A DNA stretch of 61,493 bases, the filler included, from Sphacelaria rigidula (lineage: Eukaryota): assembly GCA_964200075.2 (NCBI GenBank). It is 8 parts of 8 records of this genome, joined end to end, with 100 filler letters (N's around TTAATTAATTAA, not from the genome) between each part and the next. Parts side by side here need not be neighbours in the genome. Positions count along the whole stretch, not along the records: positions 1 to 7,600 come from CAXNAA020014159.1; positions 7,701 to 15,300 come from CAXNAA020014160.1; 6 more parts are not named here. One strand, given 5' to 3'. Below, one piece after another: positions 1-11,900 of this stretch. The translations under genes were made by a program, and so were the position numbers. The notes beneath the pieces were generated by a model that was given only the letters and a program-made list of their open reading frames with translations, was not told the DNA's origin and searched no databases. How positions within the stretch are numbered: position 1 is the stretch's first letter; every line of letters begins with the position of its first letter.

Positions 1-59
1 GGGAGTGCTGACCCAATCGGCGAGACCAAAATGTAAGGCACGTAGCGGGGGGGGCGTAC

Positions 60-135
60 TCATTTTTTGCTTGCCTCAGTCATTTGACCATTAACCACGC
101 ATCCCTCTCGAGACGGAGCACCGCACGTAGCGGGG
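60..135 (-). repeat. Interspersed retroposon-like 3' tail (family A)
   Basis: Motif read on the minus strand as TGCTCCGTCTCGA(A/G)AGGGATGCGTGGT.AATGGTCAAA.GACT.AGGCAAGCAA. It recurs at ~28550-28610 (-), 38498-38527 (-), 46055-46096 (+) and 48806-48850 (-); two of these copies sit at contig ends. Confidence 0.7.
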
Positions 136-224
136 GAGAGATGGGTTAATTCCTTGAGACCACGGACTGATCCCGAGGAAGGGGAGGGGTTCAAAGTGTG
201 AGGAAAAAAAAAGAAGGAAGTAAA

Positions 225-450
225 CGCCTCCAGACGGTGCGTGGCCCTCCAGAGGGGTTGGATAAAACGCCTCCCGAGGCTTGTTTTACCTCTCGAGGGC
301 CGCACATCCTCTGGAGGATGCACGGCCCTCGAGAGCACCATTTTGTTTGTTACTTTCGAGGGGTTCAGACCTCAGAAGTCTCTGGAGCAACAGATGCCCT
401 CCAGTGGTTTCGTTTATGACCACACCTGGGGATGAAATACCCTCGAGAGG
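225..450. repeat. Degenerate array of palindromic CCTCNNGAGG-like motifs
   Basis: About ten variants (cctccagagg, cctcccgagg, cctctcgagg, cctctggagg, cctcgagagg) at roughly 20-25 bp spacing. Confidence 0.5.
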
Positions 451-496
451 ATGAAAATCGCGATATATGATTTCAAGGGGGTAGCCGAATGGCCGC

Positions 497-646
497 GTGT
501 GTAGGGTTAGGGTTAGCGTTAGGATTAGGGTCAGGGGCGCGGTCCCTGCAGGGAATGGACCGAGCGGTCTTGAAAAACGTCGATCCTGGGGTGTTCAAAT
601 TTCGATGCCGTCCAAAAGGCACGCGATCCTCCCACTACGCACTACA
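497..646 (-). mobile_element. Diverged, one-ended copy of the telomere-repeat MITE family
   Basis: Reverse complement begins TGTAGTGCG..GAGGATCGCGTGC and contains CACCCCAGGATCGACGTTTTTCAA, CCCTGCAGG and CCCTAA repeats, as in the copies at 6774, 11116 and 15849. The second TIR is absent. Confidence 0.7.
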
Positions 647-3600
647 ACGGTCTTGTATGTAGGCCCATGTGCGCGCAGTGGTTCAGCAATCTAACAGTAC
701 GCCTATTAGAGTGACTCATGATGACCACCCTCTTCAGCAGTACTCGTACTCATGTGATGACAACTATCGGAATAAGACGACGACTGCGTGGGGGGTACAC
801 GTGTTCCTCGTGGACAGACCATCCGCACGTGTGAACTGTCGACAATATTCGACAGTTCGGCCGCATGTTGGGTTTCCGTCATATCAGACTAGTACACAGC
901 TAACCTCGCTGTCACCCGAGAGCGTTTGTGTTTGTTGGTGTCAGCTAGCTGCCAGAAGCCGTGACACGCAATCAGAACCGACTGTACCGAGACCCTGAAA
1001 TCACAGTGCGGCTGAGCCAGAATTAGGTTTTATCGTGAGAAATAATTCTAGCGGTGGGAGCGTGCTTGAGCAACCATACACAACACGCACGCCGAGACGT
1101 GTGAGATGCAAACGGACGTACGTCACTTCCATATGAGATTGTTCTCGGACGGTGGGAAAGGGTAGAACAAACGCATTTCTTGCATAAATTTGTTGCCGTC
1201 CACAGTAGGAGCTGGACCAGCTGACGTTGACTATTGAATGTTTTCGGGTCTGGCGGTGCTAAACTGGAGGGGTTAGACGCTGAAGTTTTGGCACGACATT
1301 CTCATCAACACGCGCAACATTTCTCGGAATGCCACGAAAAAAGAAAGTTGAAGCGAAATCAAATTTCAGCAGAAACTAAAAAAAAATCTCATGATTCCGT
1401 GACAACGGCGAAAAACGGCGGCATCCCCAGAAATGTTGTGCGCACTTGAGTGCAGAAGATATTGGGAAAAATGCGGCCAAAACTTCCTAAAATTGGGCCC
1501 AGCCTGGCACCGTTTTAGTGACACCGCTGCGCTCCTATAGTCCAAGTGACTGCGCCCCTGTAGTCCGAGTGATACAGGAGACTCCAGTTATGGAGGTGAC
1601 GAAATCGATTCCCGATAGATCCTCGTTTTTTTCGCAGAATCTGAGTCCATCGTGCAGGTCCTATATCATGCAGTACACTTTGCCATTTTTCTTCAGCGGC
1701 AGAGCGTGCACGGCAAGGTTGGCCTGCAGTTCACAGTGATATGCTTAAATCGGGCTGATTCGAGAAACTTTAGAAGTAGTCGTGTGATGTGCGTTTGTGC
1801 ATTTTACGACGCCCAACTGGCAATACAAGTATGTCCTCACGCCCATTGGAAGATTCCAGCTCATACACCTGTGCCAAACACTACACAGTCTGGTGCATTT
1901 TGGGGGATGTACATAGTCTAGTCGGCATGTGTGGGAGTAGGAATGGGTGGTGTTTTGATGTGCCTGTTATTTCTGCGAAACGTTTTCCCTACGACCAACT
2001 AAGTGAGCTGGACGAGTACAAATTAGCTGACACTCACACAAGTAACGAGCGTGGAACCACAGTTAGTCCTGGACGGTTAGAGGCGGGTTTTCCCATAAAT
2101 TAGTCGCCTCAGGTCCATCACTGACACGTACTTGTGTTTGACCCTACTAAATGGCAATACTAAGCTGTACTCCAATCGGAGGGAGCTGGAGAAGTCTCGG
2201 GCAAGGCGAATACGGACGGTGCTCTAGGTAGAGGATTGGTTGGTACGGAGATGAAATGCTTCAATCGGCGTCTGCGGCGCCAATTTGAGCAAATACGCAT
2301 GTTGCACACCCTTGCAAAACTCAAGGACTGCTACCCCCCCCCCCCAAGTTCGGCATGTCAGTGTCTACTGTACACTGACAAGTACTCATTAATCGCGGAT
2401 TCGATAGGATGTACATGCGAAAAATCTGCTGGTACTGGTTAGTAAAGCGGGTTATGGGAACGATGCCGGTTGGATTATTCGGATAGTCTGTGGGGCAGTG
2501 ACCGACATGCCACATGATTTTGTAGATAAGTGCAAAATTCCCGCGACGATACGAGCTGGGTCGGCAGTAAATCCCACATTCTCTCGCCGCAAGGCAACTT
2601 CTTGAGCATATCGCTGTGAACTGCAGACTAGCCTGGCAATACACGGCACCGCCGCTGCTTGATTGACGCAGTTTTGGCGATGATGTTATTGTACTGCATT
2701 GAGTAACGGGTACGTCTCTTGCCATTGCGTGAAAACGTGTCTGGAGACCTTTCTTTTCACAAAATGTGGTGGAATTATGATGGAGTGTTGCGCCGCATAG
2801 GCATACGCACACCCGGCATGCCCAAGCAAGAGCACACTGGTAGTGTTGCAAGATGGCATCAAGCTCGTCATGAGCTCCATGATGGAAGAGAACCTCCGAG
2901 CCAACTGTCGTATATCACCGCACGAGAGAGAAGTACTATTTGAAACTGCGCCATGCCTCCCCAAAAAGCAAGACCGTCAGCAAAACATCAGACCCTTTGC
3001 GACCCAAAGGTACGAGAGATTATGGACTATAGTATGCACAAAAAAGCTTTTGTCGTCTCGGGATTCGAACTTGTGACTTGTGTACTACGAGGCTCACCGG
3101 GATCACCCAAAAAAGTGCGACGCAAAGCCCAATTTTACGTCTCTTCTACTGCAACTTTACAAGGGTGTGGTTGACGCGAGTGCCCGTATGTGCCGGAGAG
3201 TTGTCATCCTTTTTATCAATTTTTGAGCAAGTTATAGTTTTTCTTCTGTTTTTGCTGAAACTTCGACTCGCTCTAACTTCCTTTTTTTTACGCGACACCC
3301 CTCAAAGGGTTGCGCGGATTGATGATAAACATGTCGTACCAAAAAATTCAGCGCCTAACTCTTGGAACTGCCAAAATGATCTCCACTCTTCGTTCAAAAA
3401 TCAATCGAGGGGCAATAGGCCGACAAGAAAGTCATCGGGCACCGTCGCTGAAAGTGTGGGGGGAGCACTGATGGCCCGCCCAGCTCGTACTGCTTTCTGA
3501 ATGATACACACGTCACACGCGTGAACACGATTTCGATACCTCGCCCCCCCCTCAGGCCATTTCTTCCGGTTGGTTTCTTCCCCTCGAATTTTGCAAATAA

Positions 3601-3760
3601 CGAGGAAAATATACAAGATGGCTACTTACGGTTCGTTTTCACATACAAATCTCGGGGGAAAAGTACAAGATGAGGGAAAATTTACGAGATGGGCCCTCCT
3701 GGCTTGTATTTTGAAAAACAAAACAAGACGAGATCGACCGTCCGTGCCCTCGAAAACCTG

Positions 3761-4712
3761 CAAACAGCCTGGATCCGTTTTTAAGGTTCAACATTTGGGT
3801 GAGGTTGAGGTCGCCATCTAAATTTCAAATTGTTTCGTCCAATAGGCTCGGGATACGCAAGCAGTTTCGGCCACGTAACCCTAACCCAAAAGTGTCTGTA
3901 CGGCAGCCCAAGCATGATGAGTAGTTCAACAGAAAAGCCACCGTCATGGCGCGGCATTTTTTGGACAGGACGTGCCTCTAAGCGCTACAGGACACGTGAC
4001 AAGGCGATGTCCCCGTCGCGCAACTGCCGCCGACGCAAGTACAGTGCTATCCGTTTGCGTTTGAACCACTCCGATGCAGCGACGCAGCCCACCCCGACAC
4101 CAGTTCTCAACTGTGCCAGGAAGAAAGTGACCATACAAGGCGTCATAGCTGGTTTAGACTGGACGAAGCACCTCTCATGGGGGCTACTGCGGCGAAACAA
4201 CCCAAAGCGTGGGAGTTTCCACAATCTCTCGTTTTGTGTGTGTCCACTTTTGTTTCTGCTCGTTTCACCCAACTGACTGTATCTATATTTCCCCCCGGGG
4301 CTGCCAGGAGCTTCGTAGACGTTACACAGGTGCGGTAGCTCACGCTCTTATTTGCACAGCAGGCGACTACCTCGCTGCTACATTTTGCCTGCTCTTCACT
4401 TCGAAAAAATGCATGCACGCAAACGGATAGCGCTGTACTTGCGTCGGCGGCAGTTGCGCGACGGGGACATCGCCTCGTTACGTGTCCTGTGGCGCTTAGA
4501 GGCACGTCTTCAAAAAATGCCGCACCGTGACGGTGGCTTTTCTGTTGAACTGCTCATCATGCTTGGGCTGCCGTACAGAAATTTCTGGGTTAGGGTTACG
4601 TGGCCGAAACTGCTTGCGTATCCCGAGCCTATTGGACGAAACAATTGAAATTTCGATGGCGACCTCAACCTCAACCAAATGTTGAACCTTAAAAGCGGAT
4701 CCAGGCTGTTTG
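3761..4712. mobile_element. Foldback / long-TIR non-autonomous DNA element (~950 bp)
   Basis: 3761-4060 and 4417-4712 are ~300-bp inverted repeats of high identity (CAAACAGCCTGGATCCG ... CGGATCCAGGCTGTTTG). Mirrored ORFs appear on both strands. TSD unclear. Confidence 0.9.
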
Positions 4713-4729
4713 TAGCACGGACAGTACCC

Positions 4730-5090
4730 AGCGCAGAAATTGCAGGATACAGCCTGCGCTGTTACATACAGTGAGTTGTAGATGCCCACAACAGTTCAGT
4801 AGTACGCACGGCTGTAGTAACAATGGTGCGTACAACGTGAGATATGTGGACAAGGTGCAATACAGACAACACTAGGCAGTACTGTACACTCTACACTGTC
4901 GCATGCTGCACCCAACGGCTGCCGAAAACGATTTGGACAACGTGCGCGCAGACAGTACAAGGCCTGCACTGCCGCATACGACAGAACAGTACAGGCAGAT
5001 TTAAGCAGTACACAGTACTGTCTGTACTGTGGCATACGGTATACGGCAGTATAGGATGAAGATGTCAATTTGCGCACAGTACGAGCTCGG
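4730..5090. repeat. Degenerate CAGTAC/GTACTG-rich repeat tract
   Basis: Many cagtac / actgtac / tacag units; a similar tract lies at ~25180-25270. Confidence 0.45.
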
Positions 5091-5673
5091 CCAGCAGCGA
5101 TCGGGGGAGGTCGATGTTCCATGTCTGCTTACACCAACACAGGAGGCTTGGCAGGGAGAAGTCTTTTGGGGGTCTTCGTACCTCGCCTTAGCGTGCACAC
5201 CCCTTTAAATTCCGCTGACTGTACTTTTGGTACCTCCCCCCTCTATTGGTACCCCACCCTCCTCAAAAATATATCTCGAACCGTAAGGTAGGGTCAACAT
5301 CTCTTTTAGCATTTTCCGAGCGGTACTTTTTCCTCATATTTTGTTGCAAAATTCGAGGGTAAAAAATGAACCTGAAGAAACGGCCTCACTATGGGTCGAA
5401 ATTATTGGGATGTGAAGATGTATCGCCTCCTCACTTATATTGGGCACTTATATATATGTGTGGGCGCTGTTACCAGTGGGGGGTGCCCACTTTCGCCGTG
5501 TCATCTATACCGGAACAAGTACAGAGCAACCATATCGCCCGAATAGTGTATATTGATAATATAGCGGGGACGTGTTTTGTCCGAGCAACACGGATTGAGT
5601 ACTGAACGCGCAGTGGGCACGCGTATTGCCCAAAAAAGCATTGAAACGCACAGTGGACATTTCACTCGAACGT

Positions 5674-6238
5674 CCAACTTATACCGTGGCGCAATTTAAG
5701 TTATGTTTATGTCCATAAAGCATGTATTTTCGCAGTGCTTGTCACGGGAATAGACTGACAGAGGGAATCGCGTGGGTCGGGACTACACGGAACTTCCCCT
5801 TCCGTTCGCTGTGACTTCGGCGATGGGAAGGCGTGCTCGTCCCGCATCATCAGCGTATGTGGTGACGGGAAAACTGTTTTGTCCAGACGCGACGGGAGAA
5901 CGCTTCATTCATCTCTGCGTTTTTGACGACGGGGAAACGTTCCCATTCCATCCCGTCCCGGCGGAGATTCCCCACATTTCCCCAAGCTCAAGGCTCAAAT
6001 TGGACAGGACTTGTAGTCAACGGGACGGAGGTTCCGGTCCAATCTGATGGGAATTCAAAGGATCTTTGCATATGTGGAGTGTGGGGACACGTAATTGATT
6101 CCAGGCTGCGGTCTGCCCACAGCCCATTCTTACATTTCACCCGCACGCACAAGTGGCCACGATTATCGTAACCAGAGGTTGTCACGAAAATATTTGGGAC
6201 GGGAATTCCCGCTCCCCGGACGCCACGGGATAAGTCCA
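5674..6238. mobile_element. Possible old MITE with CGGGA/TCCCG subterminal motifs
   Basis: ACTTATACCGTGGCG (~5677) is the inverted match of CGCCACGGGATAAGT (~6221). The interior has repeated cggga/tcccg motifs. No clear TSD. Confidence 0.35.
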
Positions 6239-6244
6239 TGTAAT

Positions 6245-7520
6245 CCATGCACATCGGCAGAGGTTTGTGGCGAGGCTACAAGCGATCTACAAGGATCGCG
6301 ACATGAGGCCTGTACAAACACCTCAAGAGATTGGTGGGTCTTGGCGGAAGGTAATCCGAGGGGCAGCAGTCCTTCAAGGACGAGAACAGCGTTCTACTGA
6401 GGAATAAAGTTGACATCCTTAAACGGTGAGCGAGATTCTTCGGCACTCTGCTCCACATCAAATCGCCCACGCTGACCCAGCCACCATCGAGGAGGTGAAG
6501 CAGCGACCGACAGCTTTAACCACCGGTGATTCAGTACCGCCTGGGGCAGCACCAACACTGGAGGAAACCAGACGAACAGTCCGTGGGATCCACCACTGGA
6601 AAGCGCCAGGACACGACTCCCTCTCTGTGGAACTGTTCAAGATCGACGGCTGCGCCGAACCCATCGTCCTCGAATGTTTCCATACCATTCTTGTCGAGGT
6701 ATGGAACGAAGGGGAGGTTCCACAGGAGTGGAAAGACGCAACGATCAAGGTGCTGTACAAGAAATCGGACCGGTGTAATGTGTGAGAGGACCGCGTGCTT
6801 TGAGGACCATGCCGTAGTCCAAAACACCCCAGGATCGACGTTTTTCGAAACCAATCGGGCCAGTCCCTGCAGGAACCACGCCCCTGACCCTGACCCCAAC
6901 CCCAACCCTAACCCCAACCCCAACCATAGGGATGTTCAAATTCAGATGCGGTCCTCTAAGCACACGGTCCTCTCACGCAATACACCGGCCCAACTACAAT
7001 ACCCACAGGGGGATCTCTCTATTATCGTACGCAGGGAAAGTGCTGCTGAAGATGGTGGCCAACCGCCTCAGCGACTACTGTGAAACGCAAGGGATATTAA
7101 TTACCAGAGGAACAGTGCGGCTTCCGACCTGACCGATCCACTGTCGACATGCTGTTCGTAGTGCGCCGACTCCAGGAGCTGGTGCGGAAGAACACCGCTG
7201 TGCATGTGCTTCGTGGACGTCCAGAAGGCCCATGACTCGGTCGACCGAGAGCTTCTGTGGCAGGTACTGGCCCAAGCTGATATTCCGGATGAGATGATAG
7301 CAATTATCCGCCAATTCCACGACGGTATGCAGGCGCGTATACGCATGGATGACGGGGAGCTCTCGGAGTGGTTCGAAGTCACTCAGGGACTGCGGCAAGG
7401 ATGTGTGCTGTCTCCTCTGCTGTTCAACATTTTTTCTTCGCAGCGGTGCTCGAGGTAGTCCTCGTGCGATTCAGCGAGGACGGTGTCATCAACGATATGG
7501 TATATCTCGACGAGGAGACG
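6245..7520 (+). pseudogene. Decayed non-LTR retrotransposon (RTE-like LINE) reverse transcriptase fragment
   Basis: Motifs across frames: [81 protein letters not shown]. It has stops and frameshifts, is interrupted by a MITE at 6774-6984, and is cut by the contig end. Confidence 0.92.
6774..6984 (+). mobile_element. 211-bp TGT...ACA MITE with telomere-type repeats, TSD CCGG
   Basis: ~40-bp TIRs (TGTAATGTGTGAGAGGACCGCGTGCTT / AAGCACACGGTCCTCTCACGCAATACA), with CCGG at 6770-6773 and 6985-6988. Excision restores the LINE frame [16 protein letters not shown]. Confidence 0.92.
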
Positions 7521-7600
7521 GGGGGTGTACTCGAGGAGACGGGGGGGGGGGGGGGGGGCGGGGACACAGCTGGGGGGGGGACGGAGACGGGGGGGGGGGG

Positions 7601-7700
7601 NNNNNNNNNNNNNNNNNNNNNNNNNNNNNNNNNNNNNNNNNNNNTTAATTAATTAANNNNNNNNNNNNNNNNNNNNNNNNNNNNNNNNNNNNNNNNNNNN
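7601..7700. other. Artificial 100-bp contig spacer (N44-TTAATTAATTAA-N44)
   Basis: The same spacer, with stops in all six frames, occurs at 15301-15400, 23000-23099, 30699-30798, 38398-38497, 46097-46196 and 53796-53895. Confidence 0.98.
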
Positions 7701-9000
7701 GAGTTTTTCCCGCCAGGTGCCTTAAGCGTATCGTAATTGGTACATTTCCCTCTAGTACTCGAACTTTGATAAAACATTTTTGCTTGGAAGCATTCTCTGC
7801 AGGCTTTTTGGTTAGGGTTACCACCACTCACGACAGTTTCTGTTCGATCCAAAACTGTGGGAGTCGTGAGACAGGAGTACCTGACACGAGTTTCGATAAA
7901 TAAATATAATCCAGGACAAGTTTTGAACGAAATACGGGCTCGCCAGTCAAGGGTCCTACGAGTGGACAACCAACCCCTGCTTCTAACTCTGTGAAACTTT
8001 CGCTCCACTGAACCGATCGGGATGGTTATGATCAATGATATGCCTTCAGTTTCTCTAATTTTTCTATATTCATGGGGTTACAGTCGAAAAGCCGTATTTT
8101 GGGGACATACTTGATCAATAACACTCCCTTGACAAGCGTCTTTTTTTCGTATCGTTCCGATAACACAAGATTGGAAAAACCTGGTTACGACCTGCTCCAT
8201 TTTTCAACGTGCATCTACTCTCAAATTCACGAGTGAAGGTGACACAAGGTGACACATCGTTTCAAAACAATCCCGAGTGATTTAACACCATGCATAGAGT
8301 TTGACGACTATATTCCAAAATTTCTCCGCTCTTTACCGGCTTTCGAAAGTTCCGGCTTAAAGACACCCGGAGGCTGGAACAGAATACCAAAAAAAAATGT
8401 ATCCCGGGATGGTTGAAGAAGCATCCAACATTTGCACAGTTTTTCCCTTCGTAACTCGAAAATCTGATGCAATGGGGTCGTTCGAAGGCTAACCGTATCC
8501 GAAACGTCATGCCGATACGATAATGGTGTAGTTACGATTTGCTTATTCTCAATTCACTTCATCACACACAGGCGCAAATGTTTATGCTGATCCTTGGAGT
8601 CAGACTCCGAATATTTGCACACATATACCATGGGGCACAATGGAAAAAAAAGGAATGGGGTCGTTTGATTTTCTTCGTCAGCTAGTGGGGGTCCCGGAAT
8701 GAAGCACGTGACTCCCCAGGGCCCCGGAACCTCCGGTAACTGGCGAAAAAACAATGACAAGGCCCGATCTGCTGGAAGTTTTGGAATGTCTCATCGTTTG
8801 TACATGAAAATATTTAGTCCAATTTCAAACATCAGCATGGACATCTGTTTGACGAGTGAAAATCGGATGATAACCGTGAAGCGGCCGGTACAGGGTTTTG
8901 GGGTCCTGCAGAGGGTTCATGGGGTAGACATGGGCCACAGGGTGTCGTACAACATCCTATTGGCGTCCCTGTAAATACTATTCTAGGAACGCTCCTGTGG
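7701..9000 (-). pseudogene. Long decayed intronless reading frame, unknown product
   Basis: One minus-strand frame reads as protein-like for ~430 codons with scattered stops (..DANRMLYDTLWP..FEIGLNIFMYKR*DIPKLPADRALSLFFRQLPEVPGPWG..KGVLLIKYVPKIRLFDCNP..KLVLDYIYLSKLVSG..). No family recognised. Confidence 0.5.
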
Positions 9001-9665
9001 TGTTCCTGATGAGCGTCCCTGCGGACAGCTCCTCCGATGTGGTGGGGTGAACGTACAAGGCATAGACAGGAAACAACTTCGAAGAACGGACACGGCGGGA
9101 ATCGAAACGCGATGCATTTTACTAGGGTTTTGGTAGCAACGATTACGGTGCTTCTTATATTGGGTTTCGAAGTACTCTACCCATCGTGAGGTGCTTAGAC
9201 CACGTTATGGTTTCTTACTGCAAAAGTTGTGAATCCCGATTCTGCGAACCCAACATGCCTCCCGTCATCTGTCCACGGGGAACCCCTAGCCACGAGAAAC
9301 GTTCCTCACGTTCTCGGCCAGACCACTCTTGGAGAGAGGCCTTCATGACTTGTAGCCTCGGGGAGAAATTGACGCTCCGGACTAAAGAGTATTAAACACA
9401 AAACCACCTAACACGTTCTATGAGCTTTCCTCGAATCGCTGTTTGCCCCTTTTCCCCTTTCATCGGCGACGAGATGCCGCTCCCTCCTCACCCCTTCTCA
9501 TCCAAGGGACCACATACTTCCCTACCCAGCTCTCTCGAGCCCTGTTAATCGACGTGCCGTTACCCCTCAAAACAAGAGCACTCTGCTGTCCACAGAGTGA
9601 CGAGGGGTCATGACTCTCCGTCTTTCTAGCATATACCCTCCTTATTGGCGTCGGACAGCCATGAC

Positions 9666-9956
9666 AACGTTTTGGTAAGATTGAGAGTAGAGAACTGATG
9701 GAGAGCGGCTTAGGCCATTAGCTTTGACTTAGCCAACTTTTCATCCCGTGTGCGCTTTTTTTCGCCTGTCACTGGCGTGTGCTTACAACTACTCGTCGAT
9801 ATCCTACCCAGGGATATCAGAGCCTGGGTGGCGAGCTACTACACAAAGCATATCGGGCCGCGTGGAGGGATATTTCGGAACTGAAACGATTCATTCAATA
9901 ATTGATCGCTTTACACTATCAATCGTATCCTCTACCCTTAATCTCACGCAAACGTT
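9666..9956. mobile_element. ~290-bp MITE (second copy nested at 32377-32670)
   Basis: TIRs AACGTTTTGGTAAGATTGAGAGTAGAG / CTCTACCCTTAATCTCACGCAAACGTT. The interior is colinear with 32377-32670. Confidence 0.8.
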
Positions 9957-11115
9957 TTTCCATGTTCAATCGAACTTGGGCATTTGTCCGTACACGGTAG
10001 CTGATTTGTTGAGCGTGTGTTCCTCCCGGTAGCAAAAAGATCCTCCCACCTCCATTTCCGCTGGCGACGTGGACGAAAGCGAAGAAAGCGAATCTGGAGG
10101 CGAAGACCAACGCACTCCCGCGTCGCCATCATCCCGGACCTCGGTGATCCGTCAAGGTGAGAATCCTGGCGCTGACCTGGACTGCGAACCCGATTCAATC
10201 CGGAGTTCGGTCCCGCATGCCAAGGCCTCTCGTCGACCATGTCCAGGATGCAGCAGACCTCAAACGAGCTGCTGGACTGCAGGAAGGCCAGCGAAGATCT
10301 CCCAAACTCGAGGTGACCGTCATGAGCATATTGGCAAGCATGTCTGCGCGGTTGGGTAGTGTGTCGAATTTCGCTACCGATCTGTCGGGGTTGCGTCCGA
10401 CGGGGCTATTGCTCTGCAGGTTGTCTTTGCTGAAATCATGTCCAAAATAACCCAAGTCGTCAACGCTCACTTACGGTGATTTCAAGAGGTTACCTCGCCT
10501 CGTCGGTTGTGTTAACGTTCGCAACTTCGTCGACATCGGTGTCCAGTCGATGATCAAGCAGTGCCGAACTGTCGCAGCTTCGTGCCTAACCTATCCGCCT
10601 CAATGATCAACCATACGGGGACCCTGCCGCACTGGAGTGTTTTGGCTTGATTTTGGATGACCCTGCTGTGACGAGATCAAGAACTATTTCATGCCTGGGT
10701 GCATCAACTGGCCGGCATATGCCGTAACAATCTAAACCTTTGACAAGGCTGTCTCGTGTACTCCTCCCTCCAACTGGCAGGAACTATCGAACGCTGCCCT
10801 AGATCCGTTGATGTCTAGTGACAGTGACGACTAGTATGCACTTCGTCTCGCGTCGTTCAAAACTTAGCAAAACGAATACATCCAGAACCATGAACTCCGC
10901 TCCCACTTTGTCATCACGCTGTTCGAAATTCTGTCGAGCGTGCGACACCTTGGGTCGCACTCTCTCTCATAACGTGGAAAGGCAGCCAGTCACCAGCCTT
11001 TGAATGTCTGCAGTTGTCTGAAAATCAGGTCGTCTCTTTCCGGGAGGCTATCAACCGTGCTAGGCGCCACAAAACTGCCCGCCTTGTAGGTGTGCGCCAC
11101 TGTCAGTGCCATGAC

Positions 11116-11324
11116 TGTGATGCGTGAGCGGACCGCGTGCTTAGGATCGCGCCGTAGTTCAAGATACCTCAGGATCGACGTTTCTCAAAACTAATCGGGT
11201 CAGTCCCTGCAGGTACCATGCCCCTGACCCTAACCCCAACACCAACCCTAACCCTAACCCTAACCATAAGGCTTTTCAAATTCCGATGCGGTCCTCTAAG
11301 TACGCGGTCCTCTCACGCATTGCA
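11116..11324 (+). mobile_element. 209-bp TGT...GCA MITE with telomere-type repeats, TSD ATGAC
   Basis: Same TIRs and interior as 6774-6984; ATGAC at 11111-11115 and 11325-11329; internal (CCCTAA)3. Confidence 0.92.
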
Positions 11325-11374
11325 ATGACATCCACACGAACCCCCAACCGCACCGCTGTCACACAACAACCGTT

Positions 11375-11715
11375 CACTGCAAACGGTCACCACCCCTCTG
11401 CCCGCCACCTAAGTCGCTTCCAAGAGTCTGCACGCGCCAGCGCCGGCCGACACGGGGTACTTCCCGTCTCCGGCAAGCAAGGCTTCGGTATCCACGGAGA
11501 AGAGCGGCAAGAGCGAGAAGACGGGGCGCCCCGCGTATGAGAGCACTGCGAAAAGCATGTGGGGCGCACCCAACGAGATGTGCTTCTACAATGAGCGCCT
11601 AGAGGAGGAGCAGCGTCGCAAATGCCGTCGCAAACAGCGCAAGCGCGATAAGAGGTCGGCTCAGGTTTTCTCCAACGCGAAGAACGATAGCAGCAGCAGT
11701 GAGGGTGATGGATGA
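11375..11715 (+). pseudogene. Short decayed intronless ORF, basic/Ser-rich, unknown product
   Basis: VTTPLPAT*VASKSLHAPAPADTGYFPSPASK...MWGAPNEMCFYNERLEEEQRRKCRRKQRKRDKR...SSSSEGDG* with coding-like codon usage, one internal stop and no intact ATG. Confidence 0.4.
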
Positions 11716-11900
11716 TTTTGCACGGCTGATAAGTTGTCCCCTCGTTCTACGAGGTGTGAAGAGGAAGAAATCCCCCTTCACGTCAGCAGTAGCAGACATT
11801 AGGCATTCAGTAGTGCCTCGCGTCTGTGTCCGTATCGGGCATCATGTCGTGCCTCTCGTGTCCGTCCTCATGGCAAAGGGAAAAAGCTGGTTCGTCTGCG

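Noticed and set aside
2440-3050. Decayed coding-like stretch in contig 1
   Set aside because: It has multiple stops in every frame and no recognisable motif.
3830-4789. Duplicated head-to-head genes (similar ORFs on opposite strands)
   Set aside because: They are mirror translations of the foldback arms with no protein family signal.
6015-6040. VNGTEVP match between ~6015 (+) and ~17030 (-)
   Set aside because: The match is only ~23 nt with no flanking similarity and is probably chance.
6885-6925. True telomere or chromosome end
   Set aside because: The short degenerate CCCTAA tracts are internal to TIR elements flanked by TSDs.
7645-7656. Recurrent TTAATTAATTAA as a biological motif
   Set aside because: It is always centred in 100-bp N spacers and is an assembly linker.
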